The notes beneath the pieces are model-generated. The model saw nothing but the letters and a program-made list of their open reading frames with translations, did no database searches and was not told where the DNA came from. Shown one piece after another: positions 1-10,707 of a stretch of 64,000 bases of DNA. Made by a program: the position numbers and the translations under genes. This DNA comes from Nitrospira sp. (lineage in GTDB: Bacteria; Nitrospirota; Nitrospiria; Nitrospirales; Nitrospiraceae). The stretch is taken from NCBI GenBank assembly GCA_047150005.1, contig AP038806.1, positions 2,016,001-2,080,000 of the forward strand, read 5' to 3'. Each line of letters starts with the position of its first letter. Positions within the stretch are counted from its first letter, which is position 1.

Positions 1-1017
1 CGGCAGGCGGCCCAACTCATCCATGCGTCCAACCTGTATTACACGGAGCCGCAGGTTAAGTTGGCCCAGATGCTCGTCGATCACTCCTTTGCCGAGCGAG
101 TCTTCTTCTGTAACAGCGGTGCGGAGGCCAACGAGGCGGCGATCAAGCTGGCTCGGCGCTATTCGTACGGCAAGTATGGGCCCGGTCGGTATGAAATCGT
201 GACCATGAAGAACTCGTTCCATGGCCGTACGATGGCGACCCTCACGGCGACGGGGCAGGACAAAGTCCAGACGGGATATGAGCCGCTGCTTCCCGGCTTC
301 TCCTATGTCGAGTTCAATCATTTTGCGAAACTGGAACAGGCCATAGGCGACAAGACCGCGGCGGTCATGATCGAACCGATCCAAGGCGAAGGAGGCGTGC
401 ACGTCGCCGATCGTGAATACCTCAAGGCGGTGCGCGAGCTCTGTTCACGGCGGGATATGCTCTTGATTTTTGACGAGGTGCAAACCGGCATGGGGCGCAC
501 CGGGACACTCTTCGCGTATGAACAGTTCGGAGTCGAGCCGGACATCATGACCTTGGCCAAAGGGCTCGGTGGGGGCATGCCGATCGGCGCCTGTCTCGCC
601 AAGGATTCGGTAGCACAGGCATTGACGCCGGGTTCGCACGGGTCGACCTTCGGCGGCAATCCGCTTGCGTGCGCGGCGGCGCTGGCCGTGTTTCGCGTAT
701 TGCTCGAAGGCCGAGTGCTCGATCAAGCCAGGCAGATGGGCGACTATTTGGTGAAGGGACTCCTGGAATGTAAAGACCGCCATCATGCGGTGCGCGCGGT
801 ACGAGGGCTTGGCCTCCTGCAAGGAATGGAAGTGGAGATGGACGCCAAGAGCGTCGTCAGCGAATGCTTGAGGCGGGGGGTGCTCATCAACGCGACCAGT
901 GAACGCGTCTTGCGATTCATACCTCCGCTGATTGTCACCGAGCGCGACATCGATCGGTTGATCGAGGTCTTGTCCCACGTATTCAACCGACATGCGATCG
1001 AATCGCCGGGACATTGA
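1..1017 (+). CDS. argD: acetylornithine aminotransferase (5'-truncated by window edge)
   Basis: Open frame from base 1 (RQAAQLIHASNLY); class-III PLP motifs FFCNSGAEANE, FHGRT, DEVQTGMGRTG, AKGLGGG; heads the arg cluster. Confidence 0.95.
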   Translation, partial: RQAAQLIHASNLYYTEPQVKLAQMLVDHSFAERVFFCNSGAEANEAAIKLARRYSYGKYGPGRYEIVTMKNSFHGRTMATLTATGQDKVQTGYEPLLPGFSYVEFNHFAKLEQAIGDKTAAVMIEPIQGEGGVHVADREYLKAVRELCSRRDMLLIFDEVQTGMGRTGTLFAYEQFGVEPDIMTLAKGLGGGMPIGACLAKDSVAQALTPGSHGSTFGGNPLACAAALAVFRVLLEGRVLDQARQMGDYLVKGLLECKDRHHAVRAVRGLGLLQGMEVEMDAKSVVSECLRRGVLINATSERVLRFIPPLIVTERDIDRLIEVLSHVFNRHAIESPGH

Positions 1018-1033
1018 CCAGCTAGGTGTCCAA

Positions 1034-2005
1034 ATGAAGCGACGACCCCGTCAGAGGACGGGATTGGGAAAAGACCTGCTGGACGTCGCGGCGATCCCGC
1101 GAGGCGAGATCGAGTACCTCCTCACCCTCGCCGCCCGCCTGAAAGACAAGCACCGCCGCGGGATTTCCCATCCGCTGCTCCAAGGCAAGACGCTGGGACT
1201 CTTGTTCCAGAAGCCTTCGACGCGCACCAGGGTTTCGTTCGAAGCGGGTATGAATCAGTTGGGCGGCCATGCGCTGGTCTTGCCGATGGGCGATATTCAG
1301 CTGTCGCGCGGCGAAAGCGTTGCCGACACGGCGCGGGTGTTGTCCCGGTATCTCGACGGGATCGTCGTCCGCACCTATAACCATGCCACCGTGGAGGAAT
1401 GGGCCGCCGAAGCGACGATGCCGGTGATCAACGGGTTGACCGATCTCAGCCACCCCTGCCAGGCATTGTCGGACTTGCTGACGATGCGCGAGAAAAAGGG
1501 AGCGCTCCGCGGTCTGAAGGTCGCCTACGTCGGCGACGGCAACAATGTCGCGAATTCGCTCATCGAAGCGGCTGCGAAAATGGGCATGACGATCGCTCTC
1601 GGCTGTCCGTCCGGCTATCAACCGGATCAACACGTCATTGATCGGGCGAGGGTGGTGGCGGTTGGCACGGGAGCCACCATCGAACTGGGGCATGACCCGC
1701 AGGTCGCGGTCAAGGAAGCGGATGTGATTTATGCCGACGTGTGGATCAGCATGGGCCGAGAACGGGAGCAGGCGCGACGACTCAAGGTGTTGGCTCCCTA
1801 CCAGGTGAACACTCGTCTCGTCAGCCGGGCGAAGCCCGACGCGATCGTCATGCATTGTTTGCCCGCACATCGAGGTGAAGAGATTACCGAGGAAGTGCTG
1901 GACGGCCCGCAATCCGTCGTCATCGACCAGGCCGAGAATCGGTTGCATATGCAGAAGGCCATTTTGACCAGGCTTTTGGGAAAAAGGAAACAACGCGCAT
2001 CATGA
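1034..2005 (+). CDS. argF: ornithine carbamoyltransferase
   Basis: [13 protein letters not shown] and HCLP motifs; ATG at 1034 preferred over 992. Confidence 0.96.
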   Translation: MKRRPRQRTGLGKDLLDVAAIPRGEIEYLLTLAARLKDKHRRGISHPLLQGKTLGLLFQKPSTRTRVSFEAGMNQLGGHALVLPMGDIQLSRGESVADTARVLSRYLDGIVVRTYNHATVEEWAAEATMPVINGLTDLSHPCQALSDLLTMREKKGALRGLKVAYVGDGNNVANSLIEAAAKMGMTIALGCPSGYQPDQHVIDRARVVAVGTGATIELGHDPQVAVKEADVIYADVWISMGREREQARRLKVLAPYQVNTRLVSRAKPDAIVMHCLPAHRGEEITEEVLDGPQSVVIDQAENRLHMQKAILTRLLGKRKQRAS

Positions 2006-3213
2006 CTCGTCCTATCAACAAAGTGGTGCTTGCCTATTCCGGCGGGCTCGATACGTCGGTCATCCTGAAGTGGCTTCAGGAAACGTATGAAGCCGAGGTC
2101 ATTGCCTTCTGCGCCGATCTCGGCCAGGGAGAAGATCTCAAGGCCGTCAAGGCGAAAGCGCAAGCCCTTGGGGTGAAACGAGTCTACGTGGAGGATCTCC
2201 GTGAGACGTTCGTTGCGGACTATGTGTTTCCCATGTTGCGTGGCAATGCGCTGTACGAAGGGTCGTATCTCTTGGGTACGTCGATCGCGCGGCCACTGAT
2301 CGGCCGCCGTCAGGCCGAAATTGCCTTGAAGGAAGGCGCCGACGCCGTCTCGCATGGCGCCACGGGCAAGGGAAACGACCAGGTTCGGTTCGAGTTGACC
2401 TATATGGCGCTGGCTCCCCGGCTCAAGGTCATTGCTCCGTGGCGGGAGTGGACCATGCGATCACGCCGGGAATTGATCGAGTACGCCGAGCGATACCACA
2501 TTCCCGTCACGGCGACCAAGGCCAAGCCATACAGCATGGATTTGAATCTGTTTCACGTGAGTTACGAAGGGGGTATTCTGGAAGATCCCTGGGAAGCGCC
2601 GCCGGATGAGATCTTCCAGATGACGGTCTCGCCCGAACAAGCGCCGAACAGGGCGATCGAAGTCGCCATCGATTACGAAGCGGGAAACCCCGTGGCCGTA
2701 GACGGGAAAAAGATGAGTCCGGCGCGATTGCTCGCCCATCTCAACCAGCTGGGCGGGGCACACGGGATCGGACGCGTCGACCTCGTGGAAAACCGCTATG
2801 TCGGTATGAAGTCGCGCGGTGTCTACGAGACGCCGGGGGGAACGATTCTCCATGTCGCCCATCGGGGGCTTGAGTCTCTGACGATGGACCGCGAGGTGCT
2901 GCATCTCAGGGACAGTTTGATTCCGCGCTATGCGGATCTGATTTACAACGGATACTGGTTTAGCCCCGAGAGGGAGATGATTCAGACGGCGATCGACGAG
3001 GCCCAACGAGATGTGACCGGCACCGCGCGGGTCAAACTCTACAAGGGGAACTGCATCCTCGTCGGTCGCCGGTCGAAGCAGTCGCTGTACCGGCTCGATA
3101 TCGCCACATTTGAGGAAGATGAGGTGTATGACCAAAAGGACGCGGAAGGCTTCATTCGTTTGAATGCGTTGCGTCTGAAAATCCGAGCGCAGCGAAAGAA
3201 GGCCTCGTCCTGA
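2002..3213 (+). CDS. argG: argininosuccinate synthase
   Basis: [35 protein letters not shown]. Confidence 0.98.
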   Translation: MTRPINKVVLAYSGGLDTSVILKWLQETYEAEVIAFCADLGQGEDLKAVKAKAQALGVKRVYVEDLRETFVADYVFPMLRGNALYEGSYLLGTSIARPLIGRRQAEIALKEGADAVSHGATGKGNDQVRFELTYMALAPRLKVIAPWREWTMRSRRELIEYAERYHIPVTATKAKPYSMDLNLFHVSYEGGILEDPWEAPPDEIFQMTVSPEQAPNRAIEVAIDYEAGNPVAVDGKKMSPARLLAHLNQLGGAHGIGRVDLVENRYVGMKSRGVYETPGGTILHVAHRGLESLTMDREVLHLRDSLIPRYADLIYNGYWFSPEREMIQTAIDEAQRDVTGTARVKLYKGNCILVGRRSKQSLYRLDIATFEEDEVYDQKDAEGFIRLNALRLKIRAQRKKASS

Positions 3214-4622
3214 TGGCTGCCGGGGGCAACCGTCAGCATAGGGCGGCAGCCGGCGGCAAGGCCTGGGAAGGACGGTTCCGTGAAAAGACGAACCGTCTGG
3301 TGGAAGCCTTTACCGGCTCGGTCGGCGTCGACCGCCGCATGTATGCCGAGGACATTCAAGGCAGCATCGCCCATTGCAAGACGCTGAAGAAGGCGGGCGT
3401 CTTGTCGGCGGCCGACACCGCCGCCATCGTTCGCGGTCTGGAAGCCGTGCGGGCCGAACTGGATCGTGGACGGTTCCGATTCTTGCCCGAGGATGAAGAC
3501 ATTCATATGGCGATTGAACGGCGCTTGACGGAGATGATCGGTCCGATCGGCGGCAAGCTGCATACCGGCCGGAGCCGAAACGATCAAGTCGCGTTGGACA
3601 TCCGGCTGTATCTCCGCAGTCAATTGGATCGCTTGCAGGGCGAGTTGCAGGAATTTCAACGGGTTCTGGTGGCTAAGGCGAAGGCCAATCGCGCCGTCGT
3701 AATGCCGGGCTACACGCATCTCCAGCGGGCCCAGCCGGTGCTCTTTGCTCATCACCTCCTGGCGTATGTGGATATGTTGGCGCGGGACAAGAGCCGGCTG
3801 CACGATGCCTATGCCCGACTCAATGTCATGCCGTTGGGATCGGGAGCCCTGGCCGGCACAAATTATCCGGTAGACCGCCGCTATACCGCGGGATTGTTGG
3901 GGTTTCCCGGGGTGACGACGAACAGCCTCGACGCGGTCTCGGATCGAGACTTCATGATCGAAGTCACTGCGGCCCTCTCGATCGTGATGATGCACCTGTC
4001 CCGGTTGAGCGAAGAATTGATCGTGTGGTCATCGCAGGAATTTCGATTTGTTGATTTGCCGGACGGATTCTGCACCGGCAGTAGTATGATGCCTCAGAAG
4101 AAGAACCCAGATGTGCCGGAACTGATCCGCGGGAAGACCGGCCGGGTCTATGGACAGTTGATGAATCTCTTGACTACGTTGAAGGCCCTGCCGCTGAGTT
4201 ATAATAGGGACCTGCAGGAGGACAAGCCGGCGCTGTTCGACGCACTGGATACGGTCATGTCCTCGGTGCGGATCTTGACCGAGTTGATGCGGCGATTGAA
4301 GGTGAATCGAGAGGTCTTGGCGGAAGCCGTTCGGAAGGGACATCTCCTCGCGACGGAGTTGGCCGACTATCTGGTCGCGCGAGGCGTGCCGTTTCGGGAG
4401 GCTCATGCGGTGACCGGCCGGATCGTCCTGGCTGCCTTGGATAGCAAGCGGGAACTTGTCGACTTTTCGTTGGACGAACTGCGGATGTTTTCCGACCGCA
4501 TCGATAAAGAAGTCTTCGCTCGTTTATCCGTCCCGGCTGCCATTGATCGGAAGGCGCAGATAGGCGGCACGGCGCGAGTTCGGGTGGAGCAGCGCATCAA
4601 GGAGTTGGAGCGGTCCTTGTGA
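3213..4622 (+). CDS. argH: argininosuccinate lyase
   Basis: HTGRSRNDQ, MPGYTHLQRAQP, GSSMMPQKKNPD. Confidence 0.98.
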   Translation: MAAGGNRQHRAAAGGKAWEGRFREKTNRLVEAFTGSVGVDRRMYAEDIQGSIAHCKTLKKAGVLSAADTAAIVRGLEAVRAELDRGRFRFLPEDEDIHMAIERRLTEMIGPIGGKLHTGRSRNDQVALDIRLYLRSQLDRLQGELQEFQRVLVAKAKANRAVVMPGYTHLQRAQPVLFAHHLLAYVDMLARDKSRLHDAYARLNVMPLGSGALAGTNYPVDRRYTAGLLGFPGVTTNSLDAVSDRDFMIEVTAALSIVMMHLSRLSEELIVWSSQEFRFVDLPDGFCTGSSMMPQKKNPDVPELIRGKTGRVYGQLMNLLTTLKALPLSYNRDLQEDKPALFDALDTVMSSVRILTELMRRLKVNREVLAEAVRKGHLLATELADYLVARGVPFREAHAVTGRIVLAALDSKRELVDFSLDELRMFSDRIDKEVFARLSVPAAIDRKAQIGGTARVRVEQRIKELERSL

Positions 4623-4861
4623 CGGCACGATGGCTTGCGTGGCTTGCGGCGGGACTCTCTGTGTCCTGCGGGACGGTCGGAGCCCCCATTGCTCCTGAGA
4701 ATGTAGGAGTAGCGGTGACGATCGAACAACAGAAGCGCCTCGATGCTGCGGGAGTTCAGCGCCCGGGCGCAGCGGCTCCTGTGGAGCGTGGCGACGTCGA
4801 TCCTGCCGTGCAGGGTCAGGATGTGGATTTGCCGCCTCTGCGGCCGGTTGGCGGCAGATAG
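4619..4861 (+). CDS. small lipoprotein (LptM-like)
   Basis: Signal peptide with lipobox-like SVSC followed by GTVGAPIAP; lies between argH and lysA as lptM-type lipoproteins do; 4-nt overlap with argH. Confidence 0.7.
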   Translation: MTARWLAWLAAGLSVSCGTVGAPIAPENVGVAVTIEQQKRLDAAGVQRPGAAAPVERGDVDPAVQGQDVDLPPLRPVGGR

Positions 4862-4897
4862 GTCCATCACCTTGACGCGAAAGTCCAGGAGGCACCG

Positions 4898-6808
4898 ATG
4901 GAATTGATTCAACCGACGCGACCAGCCCCGCAACTCACCCGGGCAGCGACCAAACGGCTGCTGCTGGTGGACCCGTATCCCCGCAACAGTCAGTATCATC
5001 TGACCGCATCCGAACGGCGGGCGGTGTGGTTCCCCAAGCTGAGTTTGCCGACGATCGCCGCGTATACGCCGGAGCATTGGCACGTTGAGTTGGTCGATGA
5101 GGCGGTCGAAGACATTGAGTTCGACTATCCATGCGATATGGTGGGGATCTCGATCATGACCTGTTACGCTCCGAGGGCGTACGAGATTGCTAAGGAGTTC
5201 CGCAAACGAGGCAAGACCGTGGTCCTGGGCGGGGTGCATCCCACATATTGCCCCGATGAAGCCCTGGAGTATGCGGATGCGGTCGTGTGCGGGGAGGCTG
5301 AGGACCTCTGGCCCCGGTTGGTGGCCGATTATGAAGCGGGGAAGCTGCAGCGGACGTACAGAATGACGTCGTTCCCCACACTGGAACACTACAAGAGCCC
5401 TCGTGTGGAATTGCTGAGCCCCGACTCGTATATGACCCGCCAGTGTAGCTTTACCACGAGAGGCTGCCACTTTGATTGCGAGTTCTGCAGTGTCTCGCCG
5501 TTCAACGGCAAGACCACGCGCCGGCGGCCGGTTGAAGAAGTCGTGACGGAGCTGCAAAATGTGCAGCGGTGGATCCGCAGCGAATTGGTCGAACGATTGA
5601 GAGACGAACCGCTCTGGAAGGCCTTTCTGCTCGGACTGCGGATCCGCGTGGGCATCGAAGACGGCAGCATCGTGGCGTTTGTGGACGACCTCCACAACAG
5701 CAACCGCGCCTATTGCCGGGAGCTCTGGACCGCGTTGAAGCCCCTGAAGATCAAATGGGGATGCCAGTCCACATTGTTCCTGGCTGACGATGAAGAGATG
5801 GTCAAGTTGGCGGCGGAGAGCGGCTGTGTCTCGGTATTCGTCGGCATGGAATCGCTGGATGAAGACTGCCTCGACGAGACCAATAAGCCATTCAATCGCG
5901 TGAAAAAGTTCTCCCAAGAGATAAAAATGTTCCACGATTATGGGATCATGGTCAATCCCGGCATCGTTTTCGGCTTCGACAATGACGATGAGGCCGTGTT
6001 CGAGCGCGCGGTCGAATTCCTGACGAAAAACCAGGTGGAACTGGCCTATTTCAACGTCTTGACCCCGCTTCCCGGCACCGCGCTGTATGAGCGTTACAAC
6101 AGCGCCGGACGGATCTTCGATCGCGATTGGTCCAAGTACGACGGCAAGCACGTCGTCTTTCAGCCGAGCCGCATGACGCCGGAACAGCTTCAAGAAGGAT
6201 TCCATTGGGCCAACCATCAGTTCTATTCCTTGCCGAACATCTTCCACCGCCTCTCGGGCACGAAACAGCGGCTGATTGCGCGGTGGGAAATGAATCGCGA
6301 GTTCAGAAAACTCGTCAAGCGAAGCTGTCCGCAGGGGACCCTGTCGCCACTGGCCTCCGTGCTCAAGAATCTCCAGGCCAAGCTTCCGGTGTTCGACACG
6401 GAGCAGCTGATTCCCAGCGCGCTGCACGCGCTCAAGCAACGGCTCGATCCTCAGGCGCTCTCCCCGGAGCAATTGGCGCTCAACATCAAGGTGAAGCGAC
6501 ACGACAAGTTCGCGGCGCTCTTTGTCGACCTCGAAGGGACCCTCGACCGGTTGAACGCGCAGGAATTGATCAACCGCATGAAGGTAGCGGCCGAGAAGGC
6601 GCGGATGGACATTATCGTGAACTTCGAGCATTTGAAGCTGGCGGCGCCGGACGCGCTCAAAGCGTTGGTGGATGCGGAAGCCATCAAGCGTGCCATCCCG
6701 AACGTCAAGGTGCGGTATCGCAAGTTTACGGATGCGTTCGAGACGGCGTTGCAGGGATTCTCCCTGGCCGGATTGGAAATCCTCAGCGAGGATCTTCAGG
6801 ATGCATAG
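4898..6808 (+). CDS. cobalamin-binding radical SAM protein with C-terminal STAS-like extension
   Basis: B12-binding region (VVLGGVHPT), TRGCHFDCEFC, TPLPGT; SD AGGAGG; extra ~120 aa C-terminal region (FVDLEGTLDRLNA...IIVNFEHLKL). Confidence 0.88.
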   Translation: MELIQPTRPAPQLTRAATKRLLLVDPYPRNSQYHLTASERRAVWFPKLSLPTIAAYTPEHWHVELVDEAVEDIEFDYPCDMVGISIMTCYAPRAYEIAKEFRKRGKTVVLGGVHPTYCPDEALEYADAVVCGEAEDLWPRLVADYEAGKLQRTYRMTSFPTLEHYKSPRVELLSPDSYMTRQCSFTTRGCHFDCEFCSVSPFNGKTTRRRPVEEVVTELQNVQRWIRSELVERLRDEPLWKAFLLGLRIRVGIEDGSIVAFVDDLHNSNRAYCRELWTALKPLKIKWGCQSTLFLADDEEMVKLAAESGCVSVFVGMESLDEDCLDETNKPFNRVKKFSQEIKMFHDYGIMVNPGIVFGFDNDDEAVFERAVEFLTKNQVELAYFNVLTPLPGTALYERYNSAGRIFDRDWSKYDGKHVVFQPSRMTPEQLQEGFHWANHQFYSLPNIFHRLSGTKQRLIARWEMNREFRKLVKRSCPQGTLSPLASVLKNLQAKLPVFDTEQLIPSALHALKQRLDPQALSPEQLALNIKVKRHDKFAALFVDLEGTLDRLNAQELINRMKVAAEKARMDIIVNFEHLKLAAPDALKALVDAEAIKRAIPNVKVRYRKFTDAFETALQGFSLAGLEILSEDLQDA

Positions 6809-8063
6809 CTTCGAATATCGCCACGGCGAACTCTATTGCGAGCAAGTGCCGGTCAGCCAGATCGCCAAGGAGGTCGGCACTCCCTGCTACATCTACAGCC
6901 ATGCGACGTTGACTCGTCATTTCCGAGCGTATGACGGGGCGTTCAAGGACATTCCACACGTCGTCGCGTTTGCGATGAAGGCGAACTCCAATCTGGCGAT
7001 TTTGCGTCTGATGGCCAAGGAAGGCAGCGGAGTCGACATCGTCTCGGGCGGGGAGTTGTTCCGGGCGCTTAAAGCAGGAGTGCCGCCGTCGAAAATCGTG
7101 TTTGCGGGAGTTGGCAAGAGCGCCGACGAGATCCGCGACGCGTTGAAGGCGGACATCCTGATGTTCAACGTCGAGTCGTCCGCCGAGCTTCGGGCGATCG
7201 ATGAAGTGGCGCGTTCCGTCGGAAGAAAGGCGCGGGTCGCCTTGCGGATCAATCCCGACATCGATCCCAAAACCCATCCGTATATTTCGACCGGGCTCAA
7301 GAAGAGTAAGTTCGGCATCGCCGCCGACAGGGCGTTGGAGGAATACAAACTGGCATCCTCGCTGGCCCACATTGACATCGTGGGCGTCCACGCCCATATC
7401 GGGTCGCAATTGACGGAGGTGACGCCGTTCGTCGAGGCGTTGAAAAAAGTCGTGGCTCTGGTCGAGGCGTTGAAGGCCCAGGGCATCGGGATTCAATACT
7501 TGAATGTCGGAGGCGGTCTCGGCATCACCTACTCCGACGAGAAACCGCCGCTACCGAAGGATTTGGCGGAGGCCATCTTCCCTTTGGTCAAGGACCGGAA
7601 TCTGACGTTGGTCATGGAGCCGGGCCGGGTGATCGTGGGCAATGCCGGTATTCTCGTGACGCGGGCGCTGTATCAGAAGGACGGAGAGGCCAAGCGCTTC
7701 GTGATCGTCGATGCGGCAATGAACGATTTGATCAGACCCAGTCTCTATAGTGCCTATCACGATATCCGCCCTGTCTCGGAAGCATTGCTGGCAAGGCCCA
7801 AGCATGCGGTCGACGTCGTCGGCCCGGTCTGCGAGTCCGGTGATTTTCTGGCAAAGGATCGCACGTTGCCCGAGGTGAAACCCGGCGATCTCCTGGCCGT
7901 GATGAGTGCGGGGGCCTATGGGTTCGTGATGGCGTCCAATTACAACTCCCGGCCGCGGGTGCCGGAAGTGTTGGTGAAGGATGCCGAAGTGCATGTGATC
8001 CGCGCGCGGGAAACCTATGAGGATTTGGTGAGAGGCGAGACGATTCCCGCGTTTTTGAGCTAG
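6801..8063 (+). CDS. lysA: diaminopimelate decarboxylase
   Basis: FAMKANSN PLP lysine, HIGSQ, EPGR, GPVCESGD, GAYG...SNYN; ATG at 6801. Confidence 0.97.
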   Translation: MHSFEYRHGELYCEQVPVSQIAKEVGTPCYIYSHATLTRHFRAYDGAFKDIPHVVAFAMKANSNLAILRLMAKEGSGVDIVSGGELFRALKAGVPPSKIVFAGVGKSADEIRDALKADILMFNVESSAELRAIDEVARSVGRKARVALRINPDIDPKTHPYISTGLKKSKFGIAADRALEEYKLASSLAHIDIVGVHAHIGSQLTEVTPFVEALKKVVALVEALKAQGIGIQYLNVGGGLGITYSDEKPPLPKDLAEAIFPLVKDRNLTLVMEPGRVIVGNAGILVTRALYQKDGEAKRFVIVDAAMNDLIRPSLYSAYHDIRPVSEALLARPKHAVDVVGPVCESGDFLAKDRTLPEVKPGDLLAVMSAGAYGFVMASNYNSRPRVPEVLVKDAEVHVIRARETYEDLVRGETIPAFLS

Positions 8064-8267
8064 GCGGCCGAGCGGACCGTCCGGCGGAACGAGGGGTGTT
8101 CAAAGCAGTCCCAGCCTGTGCCGTTCTCAAGGACGGATCTCCCCACAGGGGCACGTCCGCGGGGTCCGCGGGCCGGACCTTGTATCATGAGCGTGACGAC
8201 AGGAGTACCGGATTCAGTCAGCGAAATCGACGAGAAGTCGTCATGAGGTGCAGGGAAAGGAGCCGTC

Positions 8268-9140
8268 ATGTTTACCGGTTCATTAGTGGCCATCGTCACA
8301 CCGTTCAAGAACGGCAAGGTGGATGAGCAGGCCTTCGGTGATTTGATCGAGTGGCAAATCGCCAGCGGCACGAACGGGATTATCCCCTGTGGCACGACGG
8401 GAGAATCCGCCACGTTGTCGCACGAAGAGCACAATCGAGTCGTGAAACTCGCGGTTGAGGTCGTCCGCCGACGGATTCCGGTCATTGCGGGAGCCGGATC
8501 CAACAGCACAACGGAGGCGATTTCGCTGACCAAGCATGCCAAAGAAGCCGGGGCGGACGGTGCGCTGCTGATCACCCCGTACTACAACAAGCCCACGCAG
8601 GAAGGCTTATATCGACATTACAAGGCTATCGCCGAGGCGGTCGATTTACCGCAGGTGCTCTACAACATCCCCGGGCGGACGGGCGTGAACATGCTGCCTG
8701 CAACGGTGGCCCGTCTGTGCGGGATGAAGAATATCGTGGGAATCAAGGAAGGCAGCGGTTCGGTGCAACAGGCATCCGACATCGCCCTGCATTGCCGCGA
8801 GCGGCTGACGCTCCTCGCCGGTGACGATTCCCTCACGCTTCCGATGATGGCGGTCGGAGCGAAGGGCGTCGTCACGGTTGCGGCCAATCTCGTCCCCGCA
8901 GAGATGGCCAAGCTGGTCTCCACGTTTTTATCGGGACACGTTGACGAGTCGCGGAATCTCCACTTCCGATTGTCCCCGCTCTTTGCCGCGTTGTTCTACG
9001 AGACCAACCCGATTCCCGTCAAAGAGGCCTTGAGCCTGATGGGCAAGATTACGCCGGACCTGAGGTTGCCGCTCTGTCCCATGGGGGCCGAGACTAAGGC
9101 GCAACTCACCGGTGTGCTCAAGGACTTGAAACTCATCTAG
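8268..9140 (+). CDS. dapA: 4-hydroxy-tetrahydrodipicolinate synthase
   Basis: GTTGES, PYYNKP, YNIPGRT, GIKE; SD AAGGAG. Confidence 0.97.
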   Translation: MFTGSLVAIVTPFKNGKVDEQAFGDLIEWQIASGTNGIIPCGTTGESATLSHEEHNRVVKLAVEVVRRRIPVIAGAGSNSTTEAISLTKHAKEAGADGALLITPYYNKPTQEGLYRHYKAIAEAVDLPQVLYNIPGRTGVNMLPATVARLCGMKNIVGIKEGSGSVQQASDIALHCRERLTLLAGDDSLTLPMMAVGAKGVVTVAANLVPAEMAKLVSTFLSGHVDESRNLHFRLSPLFAALFYETNPIPVKEALSLMGKITPDLRLPLCPMGAETKAQLTGVLKDLKLI

Positions 9141-9166
9141 CCGCTCCCCGGCTCATCCTACCGCCT

Positions 9167-9970
9167 ATGATCAAGGTCATCGTTGCAGGAGCTGCGGGAC
9201 GAATGGGCTGCCGGCTCGTCGCCTTGCTGAAAGAATCGACGACCCTGACGCTCGCCGGCGCGATCGAGGGGGGCAAGCATCCGACGCTGGGGCAGGATGC
9301 CGGAGAGGTCGCCGGGTGCGGACGTACGGGGGTCCTGATCACCGACGACCTCTCCTCGCTGCTGGGCCGGGGTGAAGTGGTCATTGATTTCTCCTCGCCG
9401 CACGCGACCTTGGAACATCTCAGCATTGTCGCTCACCATCGTCGGGCCATGGTCATCGGCACGACGGGATTCTCGGTTTCCCAGTCCCAACAGATCCACG
9501 AATTAACCGGCCAGGTCCCCTGTGTGCTGTCACCCAACATGAGCGTCGGCGTCAATCTGATCTGCAAAGTGATCGCCGAGATGGCAAGGACGCTCGGTGA
9601 TGGGTACGATATCGAAGTGATCGAAGCGCACCACCGGCTCAAGAAGGATGCACCGAGCGGAACCGCGCTAAAGCTGGCGGAGGTCTTGGCGGCCGCCGTC
9701 GGGCGGGACCTCGCGCAAGTCGGCGTGTACGAGCGGAAGGGTCTGATCGGTGAGCGGAAGAAGACCGAGATCGGGATTCAGACGGTCCGGGCAGGGGATA
9801 TCGTAGGAGACCATACGGTCCTCTTCGGAGGCGTGGGCGAACGGATCGAAGTCATTCATCGGGCCAGCAGCCGGGATACCTTCGCGAGCGGAGCCCTGCG
9901 TGCGGCCGGCTGGGTTGTTGGTCGCCCGCCGGGCTTGTACGACATGATGGATGTGCTGGGGTTGCGGTGA
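9167..9970 (+). CDS. dapB: 4-hydroxy-tetrahydrodipicolinate reductase
   Basis: GAAGRMG, GTTG, EAHHRLKKDAPSGTA. Confidence 0.97.
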   Translation: MIKVIVAGAAGRMGCRLVALLKESTTLTLAGAIEGGKHPTLGQDAGEVAGCGRTGVLITDDLSSLLGRGEVVIDFSSPHATLEHLSIVAHHRRAMVIGTTGFSVSQSQQIHELTGQVPCVLSPNMSVGVNLICKVIAEMARTLGDGYDIEVIEAHHRLKKDAPSGTALKLAEVLAAAVGRDLAQVGVYERKGLIGERKKTEIGIQTVRAGDIVGDHTVLFGGVGERIEVIHRASSRDTFASGALRAAGWVVGRPPGLYDMMDVLGLR

Positions 9971-10085
9971 ATCGACGGGGAGTTTCGCCTCAGGCAGCGC
10001 GGCTGCAGATGGAGCGTGGCAGACGGCCGGCGTCGCAGTGAGGTCCCCGTCAAGATATGGACACGCTGACTGGATCAGGTCGGTC

Positions 10086-10238
10086 TCAATGTCTCGCCGT
10101 AAGGGGACGTGGCTCCTGGTCTGCGGCCTTCCGACGACCGCAGTTCAAACAGGCAAACACGGTGATCGCCAACCCGGCGTCCAAATCCACTGCCCGCTCC
10201 GGCAACATTGTTCCGCGACATTTGTCACAAATCTTCAT
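10086..10238 (-). CDS. 50-aa zinc-ribbon protein (not in ORF track)
   Basis: Manual translation MKICDKCRGTMLPERAVDLDAGLAITVFACLNCGRRKAADQEPRPLTARH*; two CxxC pairs. Confidence 0.7.
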   Translation of the reverse strand: MKICDKCRGTMLPERAVDLDAGLAITVFACLNCGRRKAADQEPRPLTARH

Positions 10239-10400
10239 GGGCGCACTCTAGCATTCCGGAAAATGGATGCCTATCCATCAGAAGTACTGGACCTGTCGCG
10301 AACAAAAGTCCCCAGATGGCTCTACATCTAGGCCCTTTGCTCTATGCTGGAAGACCAACAAGACTAGGAGCGCTGAGTCACATACCGGCCGCCACGATTC

Positions 10401-10429
10401 TTGACACGGCACCTCCTGTCCCATAGGAT
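10401..10429 (+). promoter_or_regulatory. sigma70-type promoter
   Basis: TTGACA-N17-TAGGAT upstream of ORF 10456. Confidence 0.65.
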
Positions 10430-10455
10430 TGTGGCTCTGACGCGCCTCTCCCCCT

Positions 10456-10707
10456 ATGTATAGAATAATTTTCGTCCTTATCCTCCTAATCATCCTCTAT
10501 TTTCTTATCAGGAGCGCCCTGCGAGAGCTAAAGGGACGGGGGGGAACCGACCAGTTACCGGTGGACAAGAATCAGATGGTACAGGATCCGGTCTGTCGCG
10601 TATTCGTTCCGCGCGGAACGGCGGTCATTGAGGTGATCGGTGGGCAGACGTATTGTTTTTGTGGCCGAACCTGCGCCGATAAGTTTCAAAAGCAAATGGC
10701 GGGCTAG
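10456..10707 (+). CDS. membrane-anchored YHS/TRASH-domain small protein
   Basis: N-terminal hydrophobic helix; DPVCRVFV...YCFCGRTC. Confidence 0.8.
   Translation: MYRIIFVLILLIILYFLIRSALRELKGRGGTDQLPVDKNQMVQDPVCRVFVPRGTAVIEVIGGQTYCFCGRTCADKFQKQMAG

Noticed and set aside
4403..6631. 742-aa antisense ORF (also 59009-60919, 40238-41638, 57530-58654 and others)
   Set aside because: Shadow frames opposite well-supported genes, expected from GC-rich codon bias; no recognisable motifs
8064..8267. Possible lysine riboswitch upstream of dapA
   Set aside because: No recognisable L-box consensus or terminator; may be a degenerate repeat; needs an Rfam search
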